51,043 bases of DNA. It comes from Myxococcota bacterium (GTDB taxonomy: Bacteria; Myxococcota; UBA4151). The notes beneath the pieces were generated by a model. That model was not told where the DNA came from, made no database searches, and worked only from the letters and a program-made list of their open reading frames with translations. This document shows, piece after piece, positions 8,373-16,592 of this stretch (position 1 is its first letter; every line of letters starts with the position of its first letter). The position numbers were made by a program, and so were the translations under genes. The DNA lies in contig JAYZBQ010000012.1 of NCBI GenBank assembly GCA_036338695.1, forward strand, positions 1-51,043. The letters are read 5' to 3'.

Positions 8373-9102
8373 GTTTGATATGAGGCGGCAGTTCGCGTGT
8401 GGGAATCGGAGTCAGCTTGGCTTTCTCCCCACCTGGGGTGACTCGATAGGCCCTCTTACCGGGCACCGAGCATACCGACTCCACCAACTGGGTTCCCCGG
8501 TAGAGAACACCACAGCTGTCGTCTACGGCAATCCCGGGCGGGAGGGTTCCGTTGGAGATGCTCTCTTCGTAGATCATCTGGCGTTCCGGGTCCCCGTCGT
8601 AGTGGGGGCAATAACTCTCCGGGAGAAAGCCCAGCCCATCACTGAGCACACGAAGAGGGCGCCCCCATGAGTCGGTGATGGAGCCGCTGAACCAGCACAG
8701 TGCACCTGCGCTGAGGCCACAGAGAATGGTTCCTTGTTCCCAGGCCTGTCGAAGGGTTTTGTCAATGCCGTGGGCCCGCCACACGAGCAGCATCTGAAAG
8801 GAGTTTCCTCCGCCCACATAGATCACGTCCTGGTCGAGCAGGTGCTCGTGGGGCTCGGGCTGGTTGTAGCGCGTCAGGCTCAAGTGGGAGTGTTCCGTCC
8901 CCAAGGTCCCCATGGCGGCGTGAAAGCGCTCGATGTACCCCTCGGCATCGCCGCTCGCAGTGGGAAGAAAGCAGACCTTGGGTCGCTCTTTGCCAGTCAG
9001 GGCTAGAATGTATTGATCGAGGGCCAGGTTGTCCGGCTCCATCGAGAACCCACCACCGCCCATGGCGAAGATGGTTTGATGCTCTGGAGGCGTCTCAGAC
9101 AT
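8368..9102 (-). CDS. pepE: Peptidase E (S51 family, class I glutamine amidotransferase-like fold)
   Basis: FLPTASGD, IYVGGGN, GLSAGA nucleophile motif, CPHYD; start ATG overlaps the end of ychF. Confidence 0.9.
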   Translation of the reverse strand: MSETPPEHQTIFAMGGGGFSMEPDNLALDQYILALTGKERPKVCFLPTASGDAEGYIERFHAAMGTLGTEHSHLSLTRYNQPEPHEHLLDQDVIYVGGGNSFQMLLVWRAHGIDKTLRQAWEQGTILCGLSAGALCWFSGSITDSWGRPLRVLSDGLGFLPESYCPHYDGDPERQMIYEESISNGTLPPGIAVDDSCGVLYRGTQLVESVCSVPGKRAYRVTPGGEKAKLTPIPTRELPPHIKR

Positions 9103-9109
9103 TGAACCG
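9094..9109 (-). repeat. ychF 3' end, putative attB/attL core
   Basis: ctcagACATTGAACCG reads CGG TTC AAT GTC TGA; prototype of the repeated cores. Confidence 0.85.
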
Positions 9110-10192
9110 GAAGTGCATCACGTCGCCGTCAGCGACGGTGTATTCCTTGCCCTCAATGCGGAGCTTGCCGACTTCACGGCAGCCCTTCTCGCCGCCATGG
9201 GCGACGAAGTCGTCGAAAGCCATGACCTCGGCTTTGATAAAGCCCTTTTCAAAGTCGGTGTGGATGACGCCTGCGGCTTGCGGGGCGCTGGCGCCTGCGG
9301 GGATGGTCCAGGCGCGCACCTCCTTTTCACCGGCGGTGAAGTAGGTCTGTAAGCCGAGCAGGGCGTAGCCCGTCCGGATCAGCCGGCTGAGACCAGGCTC
9401 TTCGATGCCCGCCGCTTCCAAGAACTCGGCGCGCTCGCCCTCGTCGTCGATCTCGGTGAGCTGCGCCTCGAACTCAGCGCTGATCGTCACGACCGGGGCG
9501 CCCTCCTTGTCGGCCAGCGCACGGACGCGCTCGACCAGGTCGTTACCGGTTGCCGCCTCTTCTTCGCTCACGTTGCATACGTACATGACCTTCTTGGCGG
9601 TCAGCAGATGCATCTCGCGCAAGGCTTCGTCTCGAGCGGGGTCGGCGGGCAGTGAGCGGTAGGTCTGCCCGTCATCGAGCGCCGCTTTGACCGCCTTAAA
9701 GTGCACCAGCGCCGCCTTTTTCTTGGGGTCGCCCGCTTTCGCTTCGCGCTCACCGCGCTCGACACGTTTAGCCATCGACTCCATGTCTTTGAGCAAGAGC
9801 TCGGTATCGATGATGTCAATGTCTCTTAAGGGGTCAACGGAGCCCGAGACGTGGTGAATGTCTTCGCTCTCAAAGCAGCGGACCACGTGGGCGATGACGT
9901 CGCACTCGCGGATGTTGGCGAGGAACTGGTTGCCCAAGCCTTCGCCTTTGCTGGCGCCCTCGACCAAGCCCGCGATGTCGACGAAGGTCATCTGCGTGGC
10001 GAGCGTGCGCTGCGGGTTGACCAGCTCGGTCAGCTTAGCGAGCCGTTGGTCCGGGACGGGCACCTGCCCGACGTTAGGCTCGATGGTGCAGAACGGAAAG
10101 TTGGCGCTCTCGGCGCGCGCGTTCCCCAGCGCGTTGAAGAGCGTCGATTTGCCGACGTTGGGGAGCCCAACGATGCCGCATGAGAATCCCAT
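9095..10192 (-). CDS. ychF: Redox-regulated ribosome-binding ATPase YchF
   Basis: GIVGLPNVGKST, NFPFCTIEPN, DIAGLV, TGS domain ending DGDVMHFRFNV. Confidence 0.98.
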   Translation of the reverse strand: MGFSCGIVGLPNVGKSTLFNALGNARAESANFPFCTIEPNVGQVPVPDQRLAKLTELVNPQRTLATQMTFVDIAGLVEGASKGEGLGNQFLANIRECDVIAHVVRCFESEDIHHVSGSVDPLRDIDIIDTELLLKDMESMAKRVERGEREAKAGDPKKKAALVHFKAVKAALDDGQTYRSLPADPARDEALREMHLLTAKKVMYVCNVSEEEAATGNDLVERVRALADKEGAPVVTISAEFEAQLTEIDDEGERAEFLEAAGIEEPGLSRLIRTGYALLGLQTYFTAGEKEVRAWTIPAGASAPQAAGVIHTDFEKGFIKAEVMAFDDFVAHGGEKGCREVGKLRIEGKEYTVADGDVMHFRFNV

Positions 10193-10257
10193 AGTGTGTC
10201 TCCTGAGTGTGCGCTTGCTCGCCTCGGTGTCCGCAAAGCAGCGGATGTAACCGGGTG

Positions 10258-11013
10258 TTAGCCGAGGATGTTGTAGCCGGCGTCGACGTGGAGGACCTCG
10301 CCGGTGACGCCGGTGTTGGTGAGCAGGAAGAGCGTCGCGGAGGCGACCTCCTCGGTGGTGATGTGGCGCCGCAAGGGCATGCGCGCCTCGGCGTCGCGCA
10401 TCAGGTCGCGAAAGCCAGGAATCCCCGCAGCAGCCAGCGTGCGAACAGGACCAGCGGACAGGCAGTTGACGCGGATGTCATCGGGCCCGAGGTCTTCGGC
10501 GAGGTAGGCGGCGGTCGCCTCAAGCGTCGCCTTGGCGACCCCCATGACCTTGTACATCGGCACCACCTTCTCGGCCCCGTAGTAGGTCATGGCGACGACG
10601 CCGGCGCCAGGGCTGAGCAGGGGCTTGAGGGCGCGACACAGCGGGATGAGGCTGTAGGCCGAGATGTCGACGGCTTGGATAAAGTCCTGCCGCGTGGTCT
10701 CGTGGAAGCGGCTGTCAAAGGCGTCCTTGTTGGCGAAGGCGATGGAGTGCACGACGTGATCGAGGCCGCCCCAAACGTCTCTGATCCCGTCAGCCAGCGC
10801 ATCGAAATGCGCCTCGTTGCAGACGTCGAGCTCGAAGTACTGGCTTACCCCGATGCGCTCGCCGAGCTTGCGGACGCTGCCCTCCATCCGCTCGTTGAGG
10901 TAGGTGAACGCCAGCTCGGCGCCGGCCTCGTGACAGGCTTGTGCGATCGCCCAGGCCAAGCTGCGCTGATTGGCGACCCCACAGACAAGAACTCGTTTTC
11001 CCGACAGATTCAT
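10258..11013 (-). CDS. fabI: Enoyl-ACP reductase (NADH)
   Basis: GVANQRSLAWAIA, HSIAFA, YKVMGVAKATLE, VNCLSAGPVRTLAA, HVDAG. Confidence 0.95.
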   Translation of the reverse strand: MNLSGKRVLVCGVANQRSLAWAIAQACHEAGAELAFTYLNERMEGSVRKLGERIGVSQYFELDVCNEAHFDALADGIRDVWGGLDHVVHSIAFANKDAFDSRFHETTRQDFIQAVDISAYSLIPLCRALKPLLSPGAGVVAMTYYGAEKVVPMYKVMGVAKATLEATAAYLAEDLGPDDIRVNCLSAGPVRTLAAAGIPGFRDLMRDAEARMPLRRHITTEEVASATLFLLTNTGVTGEVLHVDAGYNILG

Positions 11014-11169
11014 GGCTTTCTCCCCAAATCGCCTTCGGCGCTGCGCTCGTAGACACGGCCAGGCCTGAATCGCAAGCCTAGAGGAATCAGGGTGTACTAT
11101 TGATTGCATGGTGGGGCGGGGTTCGGTAGCACGCCGCCTACCAAGGCGTGCCTTGAGGAGGACAGCCTG

Positions 11170-12777
11170 ATGGCGAGTGGACACCACGATCTCTCCGCGT
11201 TGAACATCAACCCCCAAGGCGACGTGCATTGGAACCTCACGGGGCGTGAGTTGCTTGCGCACGCAGCACGCCGCCAAGAAGGTGAGTTTACCGCGCACGG
11301 CGCCTTTTTGGCGGTGACCGGTGAGCGAACCGGCCGGTCAGCGAACGATAAGTGGACCGTCAAGGAGCCGTCGACGGAGGACCTGATCTGGTGGGATGGG
11401 ACGGTGAACCGCCCGTTTGATGAAGAGCGCTTCGTGCTCCTGCGTGACCGAGCGGTCGCCTACCTTTCGGAGCGTGACGAGCTGTTCGTCCAAGACCTGA
11501 TCTGTGGCGCCGAGCGCAGCGAGGCGATCGAGTGCCGCGTGGTGACGATGAACGCCTGGCACGCCGCGTTTGCTCGCAACATGTTCGTGCGGCCAAGCGC
11601 TGAGGAGCTCGCCAAGCATCAGGCGGAGTGGACGGTGATCCATGCGCCGCACCTCGAGATCGAGGACTGGAAGGAGCTCGGCCTCAACAGTCACGTAGGC
11701 GTACTCTTCCACCCAGGGCTCAAGCAGGTGGTCATCTGCGGGACGCGGTACGCAGGCGAGATCAAGAAGTCGATCTTTAGCGCGATGAACCTGATGTTGC
11801 CGGGCAAGGGGATCCTGCCGATGCACTGCTCGGCGAACACCACAGGCTCGAACACGGCGGTGTTCTTTGGCTTATCGGGCACCGGCAAGACGACCTTGAG
11901 CGCAGACCCGAAGCGGGCGCTGGTTGGCGATGACGAGCACGGCTGGGGCGCTAAAGGGATCTTCAACTTCGAGGGCGGATGCTACGCCAAGATGATCAAG
12001 CTCGACGCCGAGGCGGAGCCTGAGATTTTTGCGACGACCCGCCGCTTTGGGACCATCCTTGAGAACGTGATCTTGGACGAGAACGGCGTCCCCGATTTTG
12101 ACGACAACCGCCTGACCGAGAACACCCGCGGCTCGTACCCGCTTGAGTTCATCGACAACCGGGTGGAAGAGTCCAAGGCCGGGCAACCACAAAACGTCGT
12201 GTTCTTGTGCGCCGATGCCTTTGGCGTGCTCCCGCCCGTCAGCAAGCTCACCCCGGACCAAGCAGCATACCACTTTATTTCGGGGTACACGGCGAAGGTG
12301 GCGGGTACCGAGATCGGTGTCAAAGAGCCGCGCCCGGCCTTCTCGGCTTGCTTCGGTGCGCCCTTCATGCCGCGCCACCCCTCGGTTTACGCGGACCTCT
12401 TGAGTCAGAAAATCGAGGAGCACGGCTGCAACGTCTGGCTGCTCAACACCGGCTGGATCCGCGGGCCCTACGGGGAAGGGGAGCGTATCTCGATCAAGTG
12501 GACCCGCACCCTGCTGAACGCTGCCTTAGACGGAACGCTCGACCGGTTGCCGATGGAGCGCTTTGATCGCTTCGGCTTTGAGATCCCGACCCGATGTCCG
12601 GGGGTCCCGAGCGAGATCCTCAACCCGCGTAGGACCTGGCTGGATCAAGCCGCCTACGATCGGCAAGCGGACAGCCTGGTGGGCATGTACCTTGAGAACT
12701 TTGAGGTGTTCGCAGACGGGTGTGATGAGGCGGTGCTCGCCGCGGCGCCTTCCGTGCTCGCAGATCAGCCCACCTAG
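11170..12777 (+). CDS. pckA: Phosphoenolpyruvate carboxykinase (ATP)
   Basis: YAGEIKKS, MHCSAN, FGLSGTGKTTLSAD, GDDEHGW, NFEGGCYAK; SD gaggagg before ATG 11170. Confidence 0.97.
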   Translation: MASGHHDLSALNINPQGDVHWNLTGRELLAHAARRQEGEFTAHGAFLAVTGERTGRSANDKWTVKEPSTEDLIWWDGTVNRPFDEERFVLLRDRAVAYLSERDELFVQDLICGAERSEAIECRVVTMNAWHAAFARNMFVRPSAEELAKHQAEWTVIHAPHLEIEDWKELGLNSHVGVLFHPGLKQVVICGTRYAGEIKKSIFSAMNLMLPGKGILPMHCSANTTGSNTAVFFGLSGTGKTTLSADPKRALVGDDEHGWGAKGIFNFEGGCYAKMIKLDAEAEPEIFATTRRFGTILENVILDENGVPDFDDNRLTENTRGSYPLEFIDNRVEESKAGQPQNVVFLCADAFGVLPPVSKLTPDQAAYHFISGYTAKVAGTEIGVKEPRPAFSACFGAPFMPRHPSVYADLLSQKIEEHGCNVWLLNTGWIRGPYGEGERISIKWTRTLLNAALDGTLDRLPMERFDRFGFEIPTRCPGVPSEILNPRRTWLDQAAYDRQADSLVGMYLENFEVFADGCDEAVLAAAPSVLADQPT

Positions 12778-12785
12778 CGCGCAGC

Positions 12786-13379
12786 TTAGTCCAGCTGCCG
12801 GCGTCCCTCGAAGGCGCGTGTGAGCGTTGGGGCGTCCAGGTACTCTAAGTCACCGCCGGCGGGTAAGCCGCGCGCGAGACGAGTGACCGTGCATAAGGGG
12901 CTCAGCAGCCGCGATAAATACACCGCAGTCGCCTCACCCTCAACCGAAGCTCCGGTCGCCAAGACCACCTCCGTGACCTCGCTCGATTCCATGCGGCTGA
13001 GGAGCTCGGGGATCTTTAGGTCGTCTGGGCCGACTCCGTCGAGTGGGGCGATGACGCCGTGCAAGACATGATAGACCCCGCGCCAGGCGCCGGCGCTCTC
13101 GATGGCGGTGACGTCCGCAGGGCTTTGAACGACACAGATCCGCTGCGCCTGTCGAAACTCGTCGAGACAGATGCGACAGATGGGCTCGCTGCTGAAGTTC
13201 TGACAGCTCGAGCACAGCGTCGTGTTCTGCGCTAAATCAACGAGCGCAGCCGCTAGATCCTGCGCGTAGCCTTCGCCGCGCTTGAGGATGGTGAAGGCGT
13301 GCCGGGTGGCGGTTTTTCGGCCGACGCCCGGCAGGCGGCTCAAGAGATGAATCACCCGGTCGAGGGGTTCCGAGCTCAT
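12786..13379 (-). CDS. recR: Recombination mediator RecR
   Basis: LPGVGRKTA HhH motif, C4 zinc finger, YHVLHG TOPRIM region, GDLEYLD. Confidence 0.97.
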   Translation of the reverse strand: MSSEPLDRVIHLLSRLPGVGRKTATRHAFTILKRGEGYAQDLAAALVDLAQNTTLCSSCQNFSSEPICRICLDEFRQAQRICVVQSPADVTAIESAGAWRGVYHVLHGVIAPLDGVGPDDLKIPELLSRMESSEVTEVVLATGASVEGEATAVYLSRLLSPLCTVTRLARGLPAGGDLEYLDAPTLTRAFEGRRQLD

Positions 13380-14410
13380 TGAGGTTCCAAGATGAGGTTC
13401 AGCACTTTGCCTTCACGGAGCACCTCGAGGTGGACCACCCCGGCGGCGCGCATCCGAGCCAAACTGAGCGGGTGACGCAGCGGGACGGTCTCGGCGGTCA
13501 GGATCAGATCACCGGTTTTGAGCTGACCCGAGTCGCTGATGACGTTCAGGCCGGGCTGCAGCTCGAGCTCTTTCTCAAGATCCCGACCACGCGCTGGGAT
13601 CTGGGCGAGACGAGCGAGTTCGTCGAGCGCGGTCAGGCGCCGCAGCGTGTCCGGGATCGCCATGGGCGATGCGAGCCCGGGTAGCTTCGTGCTCGCAATG
13701 GACGAAAAGCTCTCGCGCAGGTGGCTCGGGATCTCGGTGCGCAGGAAGTTGACACCTTTGAGCTCTTTGTTCAGTGCGACGGTCGCCTCGTCGAGGAGGT
13801 CCAGCCAGACCGCCTTTTCGTCCTCGAGGACGGCGAGATCCATCGGGCTCAAGGCGCGTTGAGCCACCACGCGCCCAACCGAGGCCTTACCGATAAAGAG
13901 GTTGAGCGTGACGATGTAGTCCGCTGCTTTGACGAAGACCGTCTGTCCATTTTGGCGGAGCTTCTTCTTTTGCGTCTGTCGGTCGATGACCGGCTCGATC
14001 AGGAGCAGCCGCGCGCTGTCGATGTTCATGCGCGCCGTGAGGTCGGCGAGGTTGCTCTGGTCACGCCGTGTGCCTAAGTCGGCGCTTTGGTCGTCACCGA
14101 ACTGGACCTCACGCGGGTCGATCAACCCAAGCTTCGCGCGATGCCCAAGGCCGACGAGGGTTCGATCGATCGCCGCCCACGCCTCGACACCGGAGACCGG
14201 CCAGGTGAAACGTGGCGGGAGGACGGCGCCAACCTGCGTCTGACGAACAGCCCCGGTGACACGCGAGCCAACAGGCGCTACGGTGGCGCACCCGAGGGGT
14301 ATCAAGAGGATCGAGAGGATACCGAGGAGGCGATGGCGCGCACACCACAGAGCATCCCGGCGGCGAGCGCCTCGGACCTCAGGGGTGGGGTGGATCTGGA
14401 TCGTCGTCAT
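13376..14410 (-). CDS. Hypothetical lipoprotein, possible C-terminal PDZ-like domain
   Basis: Hydrophobic stretch ending PLGC; C-terminal LKTGDLIL...LEVLREGK; stop overlaps the recR start; true start uncertain. Confidence 0.6.
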   Translation of the reverse strand: MTTIQIHPTPEVRGARRRDALWCARHRLLGILSILLIPLGCATVAPVGSRVTGAVRQTQVGAVLPPRFTWPVSGVEAWAAIDRTLVGLGHRAKLGLIDPREVQFGDDQSADLGTRRDQSNLADLTARMNIDSARLLLIEPVIDRQTQKKKLRQNGQTVFVKAADYIVTLNLFIGKASVGRVVAQRALSPMDLAVLEDEKAVWLDLLDEATVALNKELKGVNFLRTEIPSHLRESFSSIASTKLPGLASPMAIPDTLRRLTALDELARLAQIPARGRDLEKELELQPGLNVISDSGQLKTGDLILTAETVPLRHPLSLARMRAAGVVHLEVLREGKVLNLILEPQ

Positions 14411-15091
14411 CGTCTCATCATCTCGCTCGTTGTGGGAGCATGCCTCGGATTCACCTACTTGGCCATAAACGAGTTATCGTCGCGACTCAGTTACGATTTC
14501 AACGTCGCAACATCGTATGACTTCCGTATCCCCTTCGTACCCGAGTGGGTTTGGATTTATAATCTAAATATTCCCATGCCGCTGACCCTGATCTTGGTGG
14601 TCAAACACGCAGATCGTCTGCTCGAGGTCGCTGGAGGATTTTTCGCGATTTTCCTCGTCGCTGGGCTGATGTTTGTCGCCTTTCCGGTGCACGCCGATGT
14701 ACTGCGGCCGGATCTGTCGGTCCACGCATCGAGCGCATCGCTGGCGATGGTCGCAAGCTACTACGCCGTCGATGGTGTGGGAAACTGCCTGCCTAGTTTG
14801 CACGTCGCCTACAGTGTCTACGCAGGCTGGTGGGGGTTGATCTTGATGCCGCGCTGGATCGGTGTTCCTTACGCGCTGCTTGGCGTCGCCATTACCCTGT
14901 CGACGATGTTTGTGAAGCAACACTTCATCGCCGACGTCGTCACCGCTATCGTGCTGGCGGCGGTTGTCTTTGGGGCGCAGGTGGTCTGGGGGGTCTCGAT
15001 GCGCCGGTTCGTCCCCAAGCCTATCATGAGGCTGGTGCTCAGGTTCCGAAGAAGCTCTTCTTCGAAGCGGCTTTGGGTGGGTCCGACTTAG
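14333..15091 (+). CDS. PAP2-superfamily membrane phosphatase/phosphotransferase
   Basis: NCLPSLHVA and STMFVKQHFIADV motifs, multiple TMs; start at 14333 or GTG 14390. Confidence 0.85.
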   Translation: MARTPQSIPAASASDLRGGVDLDRRHRLIISLVVGACLGFTYLAINELSSRLSYDFNVATSYDFRIPFVPEWVWIYNLNIPMPLTLILVVKHADRLLEVAGGFFAIFLVAGLMFVAFPVHADVLRPDLSVHASSASLAMVASYYAVDGVGNCLPSLHVAYSVYAGWWGLILMPRWIGVPYALLGVAITLSTMFVKQHFIADVVTAIVLAAVVFGAQVVWGVSMRRFVPKPIMRLVLRFRRSSSSKRLWVGPT

Positions 15092-16592
15092 CGAGGCGCA
15101 TCTCGATCAGCTTCATGTAGCGCTCGGCGTCTCGGTGGTGCGGTCGGATCTTGAGCGCCGTCTTGAGCAGTTCCTTAGCCTCCTTGAACTGGCGACGGTT
15201 GAAGTGCTCAAGCGCACGCTCAAAGACCAGGTCCGCGTGGTTTGGGAACAGCTTACCAGCATCCTCTAAGCACTGCAGACGGTGCTCGGGGTCGGTTTTG
15301 GGGTCGCGCAGCGTGCACAACAGCTGCAGCGGACCTACCGCCGTATTTTTGGGGTCGAGCTGGGCGGCGCGTTTGAGGTGCAGCGCCGCCGTCCAGAAGT
15401 CCTTCTTGCGCATCATCACCTTAGCCTTTTGACACTCGAGCGCCGAGGCTTCCGGGCTGATCTCTTGGTTCCGAAACTGCCGACCGCTGTTTTGTTTGAG
15501 GTGCGCAGCGTAGGTCTCGCGCAGGGACGGGTCCTCGAGCGTGTCGCGCCCGTTGTTGAGCTTGGCGAAGAGCTTGGTGACGGATGCGATCAGCCGCGGG
15601 TGGCGCCCTTGGACGCGGTCCGGGTGCCATGTCTGCGCAAGGTCAAGGAAGGCTTTGTTGACCTTCTTTTTGTTGGTGTCGACGTCGAGGTCAAAGAGCG
15701 CAAAGAAGTCGAGTTCGAGGAGCGCTTCGACGTCCTTGAGCAGCTTTTGGTCGCGTGCCGGCACGGGCATATCTTGCAGTGAGATCCGCTTGGAGGGTGT
15801 CACCGCTGCGGCTGTTGTCGAGACCTCTTTTAGGATCCGACGAAGCTCGAGAGGGACGATGGCTTTGGCGCGTTTGACGTCGGTCGCCATCACCGCACCG
15901 AACAGCCGCATCGCCCGGATCAGGCGCGCTGCGCGCACGGGGTCAATCTTCTGCAGCTCGAGGAGGTCGGCGCTGCGCCGAGGGACCGACATGAGCTTGA
16001 GCACCACCATGTCTTGAGTCTGCAGGTCAAACCGATCACGCAGGCGGTCATGGGAGAGTCCGTCACGAAGCTCGACAGCGCCGAGCTCAAGCACGAGGTT
16101 GCGCGTGCGCGCAGCGTGCCCATCGTCGAGGATCATGCGCGTCACCAGCTGCGCAGGTTCGACCCCGAGCCGTCCGGTCGGTTCGGCGCGTGCGATGCGA
16201 AAGCGCCGGAGCTTGTCCATCACCTTCATCGCCGCCTCAAGGTCTTGCTCGACCTGGTGCTGCCGAGCCTTGGCGAGCACCTTGGTGTCGACGGCGCCCA
16301 TCTCTTGGAGCACCTGATCGAGCGCGAGGCCCTGCATCTGCTCGGCGCGTAGCTCGGCTTGTTTGAGCGTGGCGGAGTCGATCGCCTGGAGCGCCGTGAG
16401 CGAAGCCGAGAGCGAAGCCTGCGATTGCCCCTCGGTCGTGATCTGCTGAATCAGCCCGTTCTCAATAGCGAGCGCCACGATGGGTTGAGCCAGCGTCGCG
16501 CCGAGCTCGAGCCGAACGGTCGCCTTACTGCGCCGCAGCTTGACCAAAAGCTCAGGCAGCGGTTGCTCGAAGAGGCGCCCCTCGTGAATCAC
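15039..16592 (-). CDS. DnaJ-domain and TPR protein
   Basis: J domain with WHPD, C-terminal TPRs; GTG start overlaps the upstream stop (GTGA). Confidence 0.85.
   Translation of the reverse strand: MIHEGRLFEQPLPELLVKLRRSKATVRLELGATLAQPIVALAIENGLIQQITTEGQSQASLSASLTALQAIDSATLKQAELRAEQMQGLALDQVLQEMGAVDTKVLAKARQHQVEQDLEAAMKVMDKLRRFRIARAEPTGRLGVEPAQLVTRMILDDGHAARTRNLVLELGAVELRDGLSHDRLRDRFDLQTQDMVVLKLMSVPRRSADLLELQKIDPVRAARLIRAMRLFGAVMATDVKRAKAIVPLELRRILKEVSTTAAAVTPSKRISLQDMPVPARDQKLLKDVEALLELDFFALFDLDVDTNKKKVNKAFLDLAQTWHPDRVQGRHPRLIASVTKLFAKLNNGRDTLEDPSLRETYAAHLKQNSGRQFRNQEISPEASALECQKAKVMMRKKDFWTAALHLKRAAQLDPKNTAVGPLQLLCTLRDPKTDPEHRLQCLEDAGKLFPNHADLVFERALEHFNRRQFKEAKELLKTALKIRPHHRDAERYMKLIEMRLAKSDPPKAASKKSFFGT

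Larger units (their letters stand above)
1..9109. mobile_element. ychF-anchored tandem gene-cassette array (accessory island), left end beyond window
   Basis: At least 7 direct-repeat copies of the ychF 3' end with conserved flanking motifs separate unrelated accessory genes; parts (e.g. 6290-8360) are visibly more AT-rich than the core region; no integrase seen. Confidence 0.8.

Noticed and set aside
745..9109. CRISPR array or classical integron attC array
   Set aside because: The spacers are gene-sized, there are no cas or intI genes, and the repeats lack the RYYYAAC...GTTRRRY ends and long hairpin of attC.
11014..11298. Long N-terminal extensions of fabI and pckA in the ORF track
   Set aside because: They would overlap each other; family homology and SD sites support starts at 11013 and 11170.
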